Assembly: GCA_965202585.1 (NCBI GenBank)
Contig: OZ241827.1
Span: 30,938,001 to 31,002,000 of the forward strand
Source: Thalia democratica
Lineage: Eukaryota
DNA length: 64,000 nucleotides
Direction of reading: 5' to 3'
The notes under the pieces are model-generated. The model was given only the letters and a program-made list of their open reading frames with translations. It was not told the origin of the DNA and searched no databases. Below, in pieces: positions 1 to 64,000 of the stretch (positions are counted from its first letter, which is position 1; each line of letters begins with the position of its first letter). The translations under genes and the position numbers were made by a program.

Positions 1-589
1 TATTTAAAACTGTTATATAGTATAAATTTGCTAATTATTTAAAATATTTTGGTAAGTTTTATATCAGTGTAAATTTGTTTTTACAGGGTATTTCACACTC
101 ATCTTAAGTATCTGCTTTATCGAAACAATAAATTTTATTTTACTTAATTATAGATTATATCACATTTCCTCTTTTGAAGTTTTAAAAGATCAGTTATGTT
201 TTTCATAAACATACCGAATTCAGTTGTATCCTTTTTCAAAGCTACCATAACCGAATTTACACAAGTCCTCTTAAAAAACAAAATCCAAAATAGCAGAAGT
301 TAATAAAAACTTTAAAAAATCATTTTTTGAAATTCCTTGAAATAACAATTAAGTTCTATTTTCGCAATATGCATAGCCAAATTAGGCAAATATCTATCAC
401 AACTTTCATTATAAAGTTTTAATTAGTCACAAAATCATTGTCTGGAAATGAATTTAGTCTAACCAAAAGGAAATGATTTGTTACAACAACCAAAAAACAC
501 TTAGCAGTTTTCGTTTTTGAGTTAAGGTTGTTTTTAATAGTTTTTTTTTTTAATTGAACATTTTTACAGCAACTAGTCATAAGTTTTAT

Positions 590-756
590 TTATTTTAGTA
601 TTACTATTTTTAGCATAAATCTTATAGAAATTTATATATAAATATAAAAATAAATGTTATAAATATTATAATAAATAAATTATAATAAATATTATAAAAA
701 TAAATCTTATAAAAATATAAATAAATTTAGCATAAATCTATTTTAGTATTACTATA
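590..756. repeat. Degenerate AT-only tandem repeat in the GALE intron
   Basis: Iterated ATAAAT(C/A)TTATA-like units bracketed by a direct repeat of TATTTTAGTATTACTAT and TTTAGCATAAATCT. Confidence 0.55.
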
Positions 757-1409
757 AAAACTATATCCAGTAATTGAAAGTACATAAAATATAATTACAA
801 AAACCACTTTTGATATTTCATTATATGAAAAAAAAAGTGGTTGTTACCAACATATAAAATTGCTGTAATATGTTGTAAGTTATGTACTATTTCTTTTTTT
901 ACATATAGTTACTATTGAGTTGATTTTTATTTAATAAGGAGAGCGAAAGTTTCAGAATGGACTTTAACTCGTAACTAATAAAACTCTATTCATGCCACAT
1001 GAATGGTAAAACTTTATATCATTCTTATGAAAAGAACTTAGATCTTGAATATAAAACTATTAAAAGTTGCAGTGAAATAAAAACATGTAAAGTAGCACTA
1101 CAACAGCTTTTAATTAAATTTTAACTAAAAAGTACAAGAAAACTTGTAGTTTGAAAATTTTTGAAAAAGTTCAAAAAACTTTGAAAATTTTCAATAGTGT
1201 TTATAAATAAAACATGAAAATGTTCACGTTTTTTATAAGTAATTAAGTATTTCAAAGTTAAGGTTAAGAACAGTTTATTAATAAAATAAAAATAGTTAAT
1301 CATCCCAAACTTTTATCTCTAAAATATACTCGAAGTAAAGAAGTTAAATCAGTTGTACATATTACTTAAAATATTTAATTTGCAATTATTGTTGAAAATT
1401 ATAATTTAG

Positions 1410-1697
1410 GCGATGTTTGACGGTCGAATGAAGAGCAACTTCAGGTGCTACAACCTCGGAACAGGAAGGGGAACTTCGGTGCTGGAAATGGTGGCCACAT
1501 TCGAGCAGGTGACCGGTAGGAAGTTGAACGTTGAGGTGGTTGGCAGGAGGGAAGGTGACGTTGCCGCCATGTATTGTGACGCAACAAGGTCCAAACAAGA
1601 GTTGGGCTGGCAGTGCGAAAGGAGTTTGAAGGAAATGTGTCAGGATTTGTGGAAGTTCCAGGAAGCAAATCCCGATGGTTATTATCACGACGATTAA
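1410..1697 (+). CDS. GALE: UDP-glucose 4-epimerase, last coding exon only (upstream exons lie outside the window or were not found)
   Basis: Acceptor ataatttAG at 1408-1409, then an open frame to TAA at 1695-1697. Translation AMFDGRMKSNFRCYNLGTGRGTSVLEMV...RREGDVAAMYCDA...ELGWQCERSLKEMCQDLWKFQEANPDGY matches the GalE C-terminus (YNLGTG, RRxGDV, LGW, MCxDxWxxQxxNPxG). No RDYIHVxDLA exon was seen in 1-1400. Confidence 0.93.
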   Translation, partial: AMFDGRMKSNFRCYNLGTGRGTSVLEMVATFEQVTGRKLNVEVVGRREGDVAAMYCDATRSKQELGWQCERSLKEMCQDLWKFQEANPDGYYHDD

Positions 1698-2775
1698 GAT
1701 TTTTTATTATTATTTTAGCTCATTTAACTACCATAAAAATCTTTTGCTGTTACACCTTATCTTCTTCATTAATTTAGTCAAATATGCAAAATATCAATCT
1801 TTTTCATTTATCTCTATTTTTCGCTTAATTTCTTCAATTTGCTTGTATATGTTTGCTCTTCAATTTTTTCAATTGTCGGTTAGCTTTGTTTTGTAGTTAG
1901 TTAAATGTTTCTTTTAAATATAATTAGACATTCATATAATTTTAAAGAATATTTAATGTTCAAACTACGATTTCTAGTAATATTTTTAGGTTTTATAGAA
2001 AACAATATTCTCTCTGTTTAGATAGCTTTTAGTTCATTTACTTTTTAATTTTTTTACCTCAATCAATATTTTTAGTATCCTCAAAGTTATTTTAAAGTTA
2101 AGTTATATTTACTTTAATCTTCATGTTTGCTTTTTAATACGCTTTTATACATTTTTGCTTTAGCTTTTATGCACGTTAACCTGCTATTCTTTAACCGAAT
2201 ATTATTTCTAAGTTAAAAAAAATATTTTAAGCTAATTTATATTATTCTTATTGGTGTATAATTGTTTGGTATGAGTAATATCAAATGCATACAATAAATT
2301 AAACTGTAATTAATGTTAAAAAATATTTCACATGTGTAAAATATTATACTACAACTCGTATTTAATTTTTTTGTTTGATAAGCTGATTTTATATAAATTT
2401 TAAGGTATACTTAGCCTCTTCGGAGGTTTCTTAATACAAGTTGTTTTAAAGTAAAACTCTTAACTATTGTAAGCGGCTTATATAACTTTACACCGTTTTT
2501 ACTGCTTTAATTTATTTTAGTTAATAGAAAGTACTACGCTTGTACTAAAACAACACTTAATATAAAACAAGACTTAAATAATTTAAACAAAATATCTTAC
2601 AAAAATAATACACAAAGGGCTTAGATACGGAGTTGCCCTTGTATTTTTACAAGTTATTTTTATTGTGTAGGTTTTTATCTTAGTTATTTATTAGAATTTT
2701 TCTAACAAAGTTTAAAGTAATTATTAAGATATAAGCGATCATAGTAGGTGAATACACATCCTTATTTTATAGTTT

Positions 2776-2828
2776 GTTTTGATTTGACGGCGTTTCGACC
2801 TTTTATTAGTCATTATCTAAAATAAAAC
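2776..2828 (-). ncRNA. Degenerate minimal type I hammerhead ribozyme-like sequence (Penelope-like element remnant?)
   Basis: Minus strand: GTTTTATTT TAGATAA T GACT-AATAAAA-GGTC GAAA C GCC GTC AAATCAAAAC. Stems I, II and III, GAAA and the GUC triplet are present; the CUGANGA core reads UAGAUAA (3 changes). Confidence 0.4.
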
Positions 2829-3782
2829 TGCAAAATAACTAAAATTAGTGCTTAAAAACTAAATATGTAAGACAAATTAACCAAGTGTATTAAATTATAA
2901 ATTAAATAGTACAGTAAAATTACAAGACTAATAATAAAATTTAGGTAAACAAACATTTCTATACAGCAAAGAATATTTAATCATAGTTTTTAATTTGTAT
3001 AATTTAATTGTACGTGACACCTGGTTTAATTAATTCTTTGTTTAAAAAATTACTATAACGTTTAATTAAGTTCTAATAAAGATCTTATATTTATTTCGGC
3101 ATTCTTTTGAAATTTAAAAATTGGTAACAAATAAAAAAATGTAGAGCACATCTTAAGAATTAAACTCAAACAGTTCTTAATTAATAAATAATGCGACATA
3201 TAGTGGTATTCCATAACTTGGTAAGTAAATACTTGGATATACGTGCTTCACAAACTAACTGAAAATATTTGGGCTGTCATAAACGTTAATACAAATACTA
3301 AAAAATCGTAAAATTTTATATTAAAAGCTTAACTGTGTATTTAATTTTTACTTAGAAACGTACTTAGATGCTAGTTATAATAACTGAAAAACTTTATAGA
3401 ATAATAAAATACTTTCCTAGTAAGTACCTTAGTGTGCTTAGATTTTTGACTTAAATGGTTAAATATTCAAAATTTAAACACTAAACAATTAATTTCGTGA
3501 TTTAAAAAAGTAGAAAGTATCGTATGTTAATTAAATTTATACATACTAAATTTGATTAAAAAAAACTTTGTCATTTCTCATCTTTTCTTTTAGGATAATT
3601 TTTTAAAATTAAGTAGGTTAAAACAGAATTAAAATTTTAAATACCATACCAAGTAATCAGTTTTATTGTTAAGCAATTATGAAGAGGTTTTGTTTAAAGA
3701 TTTTATCTTTCGATCTTCTTATCAAGTAGTCTTCTATCGGTAAACAAACTAAAAAAAAGTCTTTTTATATAATTTGTATATA

Positions 3783-4554
3783 CAGTAACCTCTCGCTTAT
3801 TTACGCACATTGTGTCCCAAGAAAATATGCGTAAAGATACGAGAGATCGTAAAGATACGAGAGGTACCAAATATACTTTCTATAATGGCTGATTTTTTTG
3901 ATATTGCTTCTAGTTAAAAACAAACTGGGTAGTGGGTACTTTCTTACTTTTAACAATTTGTTTAATTAATTTATAAGTATGAAAACTAAATATTAAACTA
4001 TACATATATATAAAAAAAAGGATTCAAAATTATAAAAAACAATAATACTTGTAGAAAGTTTTAATAATTTTTAAAATAAGTAGATTTTATCTTTGTCTTT
4101 AGTTATATATGACTTATATGATACTTAGCATTTATATTCTATTCTACTTAGAAAATTTAATTTATAGTTAAGCATTTGTTTACAATTTAGAAATGGTGTG
4201 GTGTCTATATTGTTTTTTTTCTATAGCCTTTTACAGAAATATGTATTTGGTGCTGTAATGGATTTCTTCTTTTGAACAAAAAATATATAAAATATAAGAA
4301 AAATGTTTAATAAAACTATTTGTGTCACTACAATTTTTTTTAATTTGACCTTTTCCCACATTAGGATAAACTTGTCTTGCATTGCATAAAAGATAAATTA
4401 ACGGATTTTTGAGTAGGAATTAAATTTCATGCCATGAGAACTTTGACGAATTAAAATTAAAATTTTTATATTTTAAATCTTTTATAATTCTAAAATGCGT
4501 AACTAAACGAGAGTGCGTAACGTCACGCGTGCGTAAAGATGCGAGAGGTTACTG
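3783..4554. mobile_element. Tc1/mariner (pogo/Tigger-like) non-autonomous element (MITE), 772 bp
   Basis: 14-bp TIR CAGTAACCTCTCGC ... GCGAGAGGTTACTG flanked by TA on both sides (3781-3782, 4555-4556). Repeated subterminal GCGTAAAGAT(A/G)CGAGAG motifs. Confidence 0.85.
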
Positions 4555-5793
4555 TACACGACTCTTGTAAAAATAACAAAATTTTCTGTTTTTATTGCAC
4601 TTTATCAACAAAATTTTCTATTTAACAATAAACAAATAAAAAATGAACTACAATTTTTTACGAAAATTTTTTACGAAAATTGTCAGTTTATACATGAAAA
4701 AACATGAAAACTTTAATACAAATAGAATCTTCATTGTTGCTGTTAAAAAAAATACAAACAAAGAATAATTTTTAGTTTTTATATTAAACGGTGCTGGTAT
4801 TAGTTGGGGTGTATTTAAAATGATGTTTAATTATAACTAGAAAATACTATAAATAAAAGTACTTCAACTATTTTTGCTTGTTTTTATGTTTACCATGAGT
4901 AATATAGAATTTAAAATGGTTTGTATCGGGTTTATTATAAACTATTAAAAGAAATATGTATAACGTTTGTTCGAAAATAAATTTATTGATTAGAGCTAAA
5001 CACCATGTATTTTTATTAGCTAGGATAGTTGTTGTAAACTCAATGAATGTTAAACCCTTAAGTAAAGGATTAAAAAACAGATATCACAGAGGTAGCAGTT
5101 AATTGAACATGATAAAGAAATGGAAATTGAAAAATATGTTTAAAGGATCTCATTTATAGGTTAATTACCAAAACACAAGTAAGAATTTTGAACACCGAAA
5201 AAAAAAATCTTACAATAAAACGTATATTTATTAACACGAACTTTGTCAGATGTTAGTGTTTATAGTATTTGATGCTTTAAAAATTTTTTTTAGAATCTTG
5301 TTGACTTAACTTTACATATCTAGTATGAAAACCAGGCTACTAGATAAATTTTACTGTTTAAATTCTAAAAACTACGGTAAGTACAATCAAATTGTTTAAG
5401 TTAATTTATACAAAACCTATTTTGTAAAAAAAGTTATAAAATTTTACAAAAAGTCAGTGCTTAAAAGTAGTAAACATTAGATTTAAAATTATCTGTTGTA
5501 CTTAACACAATACTATGTTTAGTATATTAAATGCTAATTAAGTAATCTGGTAGTGAAAGTCATTAGAAATTTTCTGGTATAGTTTTATTTAAATAAAAAA
5601 CGACCGGTGAAACTCTTAGAACTTTGTTCAACAAAAGCAGTTTAATTTAGTGAGGTAAAAGTTAATAATGACTAAATGTTTAAAACTAATAAAAAAATAC
5701 TATTAAGTAAAAAAAATGTAATTTTGTTTATTAAATGTAAGTTTATAGTTATAGTACACTAAAAACAATTTTAGAAATTAATTTTGACTTTAA

Positions 5794-6209
5794 TTTGGGA
5801 CGGGTAAATTATGCACGAAGACTTTTTTGCACGATGGGTAAAATATACACGAAGGGTCATTTTTGCACGAAGACACGTTTGCACGAAAGGTCATTTTTGC
5901 ACAAAAGTTAAAAAAAAACGATCAAGAGTAAGGGTTAGGGGTAACAGTCATAGTAAAAAATAATAAACATAAAAACTAAAATAAATTGATAAAAAACAAC
6001 AAGAAAACAATTTTACCGACCAAGGGTAAGAGGTAACAGTGATAGTTAAAAAATATAAAATAAAAAAGTTAATAAATAAAAATACGAAGAAAAAAAGTTA
6101 CTGACCAAGGGTAAGGGTTAGGGATAACAATGATAGAGAAAAAAAATTCAACCCGTGCAAAAATGTCTTCATGCATAGTTGATCCTTCGTGCATATTTGA
6201 AACCTACCC
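5794..6209. repeat. Modular interspersed repeat, copy A
   Basis: Begins TTTGGGACGGG. Tandem ~17-20-bp TTTGCACGAAG units on the left are mirrored by CTTCGTGCA units on the right. The middle has three CAAG(A/G)GTAAG(G/A)G..TAACA(G/A)T units with TTAGGG-like motifs. Ends TTTGAAACCTACCC. Confidence 0.75.
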
Positions 6210-6866
6210 TTTTAACTTGATACTTCTAAAAAAGTGAAGAGAAACTTATTTGCTATGAAGAAAAAATCAGAGTAACACAAACTATTTAAAAAATTTTGAT
6301 TAGTTTTCTTATTTCATTTTAAGGTAAGTTAAAAAAACAAGTTTTTAATGAGTTGTGTCAAAAAAAAAAAAACAGAGTTATGAGTAATATTAGTTTTTCT
6401 ATTACATTACTTGTTCTAAATAATCTGGTGTGCACACACTTTTGGAATTTTTTATAATATATATCTTAAATCAATGCTGTTTTTTAACAAACTATCGAAA
6501 CTTTTCACGTAATTTTGTCTTTTTTTAATTTTTACTAATTTCTTGTTTACAAAACAAAAAACTTTTGAGTGATTTTGAAAAGTATTACTTAAATACTAAA
6601 TAAATTGAATATAAGTCTTAAAAGTAATTAAGAGTACATAAAAATAAAACTCAATAAAAACTTTTAACCTAATAATGTTGTTGTTATTAGTTTTAAAATA
6701 AACCTTTATAAAACAAAATAACTCACTTTCAAATAAAAAAAGTTTCTTTTAATGATTAAAAAAAAACTTTAACTAAAAGTTTTATTCATGTGCAAATTAA
6801 TTTTAAAAAATGTATCCAGTAAATGTTTTATGCGTAATGATTTAACACAATTATGCTAACAGCTTG

Positions 6867-7083
6867 TTTGGAGGATTGGTAAAATATGCACGAGAATAAA
6901 AAAAAATTACCGATTAAGTGCAAGATTTAACAGTGATAATAAATAAAAATGTGAAGAAAAAGAAAGTTACCAGCCAAGTTTTAGGGGTAACAATAAAAAA
7001 AAGTTTTAACTTGTGCAAAAGTTTTTTCGTGAAAAAGAGTCTTCATACAAAAGTGACCCATCGTGCATTTTTGACACCTACAC
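6867..7083. repeat. Modular interspersed repeat, copy B (short, decayed)
   Basis: TTTGGAGG...AAAATATGCACGA...TTAGGGGTAACA...CATCGTGCATTTTTGACACCTAC; same block order as copy A. Confidence 0.65.
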
Positions 7084-7657
7084 ATTTTATGAACATTATT
7101 TTCACCTATAATTAAATATAAAGGCTATAGAAAAAGCAGAACATTTAAATACTAATTATAAAACATATCTACTACAATAAAACTATATATAAGTAAAACC
7201 TTTCTGCAAATTAAAATGTTTAGAATTTTCAAACTTAGTTTTATACTAAAATTTTGTTAAAATCCATTAATCAGGGCTTCCCAAAACCACTTTCATAATC
7301 GTCTTTTTGGCAGAGTTTGAAATAATTGCTTCTTTTTTTAGATATCGAGCTTTTGCTACTTAATTACCCATTTAATGTTTTATCGCCGCCTAACTATTTA
7401 TTTTAGTTAGCAGTTATTTGATGAAAAGAATATTAATATTGAAACGAATAAGTACTTATTAGAACTATTACAATGCTTTGTTTTACTAAAAGTTTAACAA
7501 TAACTTTGGTAGAATCTTTAATAAACTATTTTTGTAATTTAGCTTCAATATTTTACAAGTTTAACAGTTGCGTAAGTAATGATAAAATATTATAAGTCGA
7601 CTGAAACCCCGGATTCGTTTTTATTGAAACTTGACAGTCAGTCAGCTTGTCTCACTA

Positions 7658-7697
7658 GGAATACGAAAGTCCACGCTTAGGCTCTGTTAGACTTTTG
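7658..7697 (+). repeat. Second copy of the 61188-61226 motif, inverted, about 850 bp past the dynein stop codon
   Basis: GGAATACGAAAGTCCACGCTTAGGCTCTGTTAGACTTTTG; 35/40 identical to the reverse complement of 61188-61226. Confidence 0.8.
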
Positions 7698-8547
7698 CCG
7701 GTGTTTTCTATGATCGTATTTAACAAACCTTTATTTTAATTTGAATTTATACAATCCTTAAAGTTAATTGTAACCACGTAACAGAGAACTCAACCCATCA
7801 ACTATAAATATATAAGTAGATATACGATTTTTTACTTACCCAAACCCGTTTTAGATGCAAATTGATATCTATAAAACGAGTCCGCAATCTTTAAGGTTTA
7901 CTGGTAATTAAAATATAGAAAAATTAATATTTTTACATTTCATAAAATCTAAGAACTCGATTCTGTTTTTTAATAATACATTTTTTCAAGTTATAAGTAA
8001 GCTTAACTTGTTAATACCTAAATCAAATGTACAATTCTAGTTTAAAAATGGTATTGATTTATTTAAAAAAATACTGTATAAACCTAAGAATTAATTAAAT
8101 ATTAGTTTTTCAAAAACTTAACTAGTTTATTATTATATAGACAGCTCATTTTCAGGTTAAAGGACAAATTATCTAAAAAGTACACTCGATAAAGTGACAT
8201 ACCTAATAATAAGATTTATTTAGTAAAACTGTTAATATATTATAACTTAATTTTAATTACATCAGTTAAGTTGCACATTATAGGTAGTTTAGTTTATAAT
8301 AGTTTATTTACAACTAATAAGAAATTATTTATATACAAAAAACAAATAGTTGTAGGAAACATAAGCATATAAGCGAAACCTAAATTGACATAGATCAAGA
8401 CTTCAACTGAATTATTTCACGTTTAAAATTAATCCAATAAAGAATGTGATAGACCAACTAAATACGACAAACTTCAAATATATTAGCTTGATAATAAACT
8501 AATAAAATATAAAACATCCATGCAAAATATCCTTCTAATAGTAAGCC

Positions 8548-61009
<52,462 letters not shown>

Positions 61010-61187
61010 ATTTGAATAGTATGTTTTTAAACAATAACCTATTTTAAATTTATTACTGAATTTAGTTCTAAAACAGAAGAAAAAAAAATTGAGTCAGATA
61101 AACTCTGAAAATTTATATACAATGTTAGTCTTAATTTTTACAAAAAATTATATATATACATAAAAATACCAATCAAAAAAACATTGA

Positions 61188-61226
61188 CAAAAGTCTACAG
61201 AGCCTAAGCCTTGACTTCCGTATGCC
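61188..61226 (-). promoter_or_regulatory. Candidate proximal promoter motif of DYNC1H1, containing an ETS-like CGGAAGT; duplicated at 7658-7697
   Basis: Lies about 180-220 bp upstream of the ATG. Minus strand reads GGCATACGGAAGTCAAGGCTTAGGCTCTGTAGACTTTTG. Function is inferred from position only. Confidence 0.4.
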
Positions 61227-62165
61227 ATAAAGATAGCTTAAATTAACAAGGTTTGATCATACCACTTTGATCATCAGACCACCAATTTGATAACTTCATT
61301 AACAGTGATAAGTATAAAAATAAAAGTAAAATAATATAAATGGCTCTTTTTAAATAGCTTAAATTATTAAATATATGCCTATTTTTATATATTGTAAAAA
61401 ATTATTTTAATTAATCAAACAACTTTTAAAAAGTTTGGTTTCAAACAGAAACAAATGAACTGGAAATTTTATGGTCTTTTCTCATTAACTTAGAAACTCA
61501 TAAAGAATTTTATTTTTTGAGCTAGACACCTAAAATGTTTAGGAAACATTCAGGAAATACCTCAAAAGAAATGGCAATTCAAAATATTAATAGTATTTTT
61601 AAGTTAAAGAACAATTTAAGTAAAAAAATACAGGTTTTTAATTTAAAAAATTCCTATGGAAAAACTAGTAGCAATGGACTTACTAAGTATAAAATTAAAA
61701 AAAAAAATTTAAGTGAAGAAAAACTAAATGAACTTTATGGTTTTGATTTGTGCCTTCTATTAGTAGCCTACTTTTAAAGTTTTGTTTGTTTGTGAAAAGT
61801 TTCTGATATTTAAGATAACACTTTTAAGTATATGGTAGACCCCACTTTACTGTCTCTATATCTTACCTTACCTTATTTATAAGGGCATAAGGGGGTCCAC
61901 CTTGGTTTTACAACATGATTTTACATTGTCATAAAATTGTTCAAAAATATATTTCTAACAAACAAACTATTTATTTGCCCTAACTAAAAAGATTGCTCAA
62001 TTTACTGGAATTTAAAGAGTTAGATAAATAGAGGTGTGCAAATCAAATATTTTATTCACAACCGGTTTCTGTAGCAAAAAATTGCTACCTCTTCAAGCAA
62101 AATAAAATATTAAACTGCACATAACAATGTTAGTTATCTATAATGTAATTTAAAAATTCTTTTTT

Positions 62166-62474
62166 AAACCATACCAACATAATCTTAACAGAAGCAGTTA
62201 AACTGGTTAACTACCCTACTTAATAAAGCTAGCAGGACCTAAAAGATGTTCGATTACTTCATTATGACCTTATGTCAATAAGAACTCAAGAATTGTAGAG
62301 AAAATAACAACCAATTAATAAGTAAACCTTACCACTCAGCAAAACCAACATTATTTTTATATCAAGACCATTGATTATATCTGGGGGCAAATATCCAATA
62401 TCAATATACAAAAAAAGGTATGGTAGTTTACCAGTTTAACTGCTTCTGTAAAGATAGTTATGGCAGTATGATTT
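62166..62474. repeat. Inverted repeat or probable MITE remnant upstream of dynein (arms about 55 bp)
   Basis: ACAGAAGCAGTTAAACTGGTTAACTACC (about 62188-62215) is mirrored by GGTAGTTTACCAGTTTAACTGCTTCTGT (about 62422-62449); weaker similarity extends outward. Confidence 0.7.
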
Positions 62475-64000
62475 CAAGGCTATTTGGTAAAAGGATAAAA
62501 TAACATATTCCAAAAAGTATTGATAAGTTTTATCTAAATGAGTAGTACATGCTTAAAAAAGATCTGCTATTGCAGAACACCTATTTAATAACCCTGATTG
62601 TGCAAGTAAATATAATTTGAAAATATTAAAATATATTAAAAATTGTTTTAGTGTTTTTGATTTAATTAAACTAGAGGCTATATGTATTTTATTTAGAAAA
62701 AACTAAGTTGTGTTAACATAAAGATTTTGATTTATACTGTTTTTTTGTTTTCATAAATAGTTTTATAAGTTGTTATCTATGTTTTATTTATTTTAGTTTC
62801 ATTGTAAACAAAACTATTTATGTTTTGTCAATACCTTTTGCTAATTATTACCATTTTAACATTGATTATCTTTGACTATAGATTTATCTTTCAAAATTAG
62901 TAGTTCTCTGCATAATAGACTAATTTTTTTAAGTTTCATTGGTTTAATTTGATTAGGGCGACTTCAATAGCTTAGACAATAAAGGATGTCCATAAGTGAA
63001 AAAAATAGAAAGTGTTTGAATTTAGTAAATATGAATTTCTATCAAACTTCAGCCTTGTTATACAAGCTGGATTTTAAACTTTATTTTAATTGCTCAGTAA
63101 ACAAATGAAGAGTTAAGCACAAAATATATTTTGAAAGGTTAATTTGAGTTGTGTACCTTTGAAATAAAATTATTTTTTGTAATATTGGATATATATGTTA
63201 AATATAATTAAACTTAACCATTGTATGTTAAATATAATTAAATTATACAAAAAGGCAGATAAAGTTAAGCATGATGAAACTTAACCTTGTTTGTTGATAA
63301 GGAGGTAAAAGTAGTTATCAAAATTTTTTTACAAAAAACTGTGTGGTTTTTTAACCCTATTTCAACTTTCTTTATAAAAAATATCTAGAAATTGGCTTAT
63401 AATTTTTTATTTTCAATGGTCAAGAAACATTAGTCTTTAATTTACATAAGTAGTTTTATTTTAAACCAAAAATTTATATCATATAGTGAGAATCTTTGTA
63501 GCAATATGAAAATAGTACAAATTTATCACAAGTAAACTACTTTATATTTTACTTATCTTATTTGTATCAAAAAGCAAATGGTATGTAGCTTAAGGACCAA
63601 AAGGTCTTTCTTCAAACTAATTGATTGAACATAGTTGTGAGTGCTAATTTTTTTTTGTATATGTATTGGCCATGATCTTGCAAAGATAGTTTTCAAAGTC
63701 ATCTACACAATCAGGCCACACCTTAATTTCAAAGGCAACAGATTTTCTTCTACTTCTGAAGTTTTTTTAATGCATAATAATCAAGTATGAAGCATATGTA
63801 TAAACAGTGTTTGCCTTATACTATTGTATGAACTTCATACTATTAAACTTTGCTTTGTTTACAGTTAAGCACTTTGGTTCAAATTAAAACTGTTATCCAG
63901 ATTTCTTTCCATGTTTTATTCATTTAAATTAGGAGTTTCTGATAGTCTTTGCTGGCATTCTTAGATAACTAAGCTAACAAAGTAGTAAGAATTCTTAATT

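Noticed and set aside
140-480. Short minus-strand open stretches in the GALE intron (MVALKKDTTEFGMF...)
   Set aside because: Under 45 codons, no recognisable homology and no convincing splice partners.
1386-1688. Antisense and alternate-frame ORFs over the GALE exon (1386-1688, 1441-1668)
   Set aside because: Shadows of a GC-rich coding exon; no recognisable motifs.
2413-2428. C(UUCG)G hairpin AGCCTC-TTCG-GAGGTT, and another small stem at about 2623-2653
   Set aside because: Single 6-8-bp stems with no supporting context; bacterial-type terminators are not relevant in this eukaryotic DNA.
63560-63960. Minus-strand peptide fragments (KTWKEIW, KVWPDC) faintly like the C-terminus of a Tx1/L1 LINE ORF2
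   Set aside because: Broken by many stops and frameshifts; too little similarity to call without a profile search.

Overview
Eukaryotic, very AT-rich genomic DNA from an invertebrate metazoan; I cannot identify the taxon. The window holds the last coding exon of a UDP-glucose 4-epimerase gene (GALE, + strand, 1410-1697) and, convergent with it, a complete cytoplasmic dynein 1 heavy chain gene (DYNC1H1, - strand, 61009->8548). I traced the dynein gene by hand as 85 coding exons, 13,989 nt, about 4,662 aa, with phases consistent throughout and one GC-AG intron. Introns and intergenic DNA carry several transposon insertions: (1) a very recent 2.94-kb Ty3/gypsy (Mag-like) LTR element with identical 115-bp LTRs and a perfect 5-bp TSD; (2) a decayed hAT (Buster/Charlie-like) element; (3) several MITE families. 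The strongest lead is the LTR element. It encodes Gag and protease but has lost RT, RNase H and the integrase core. It has no tRNA primer-binding site; instead the 11 nt at the LTR/internal junction are exactly complementary to an 11-nt stretch inside its own LTR that begins at an initiator-like site, the signature of Tf1-type self-priming. Other leads: a shifted 5' splice-site consensus (GTTNGT is modal), extreme exon-to-exon GC3 variation within one gene, and a ~40-65-bp motif found in inverted orientation just upstream and just downstream of the dynein gene. All coordinates and counts were made by eye and should be recomputed.
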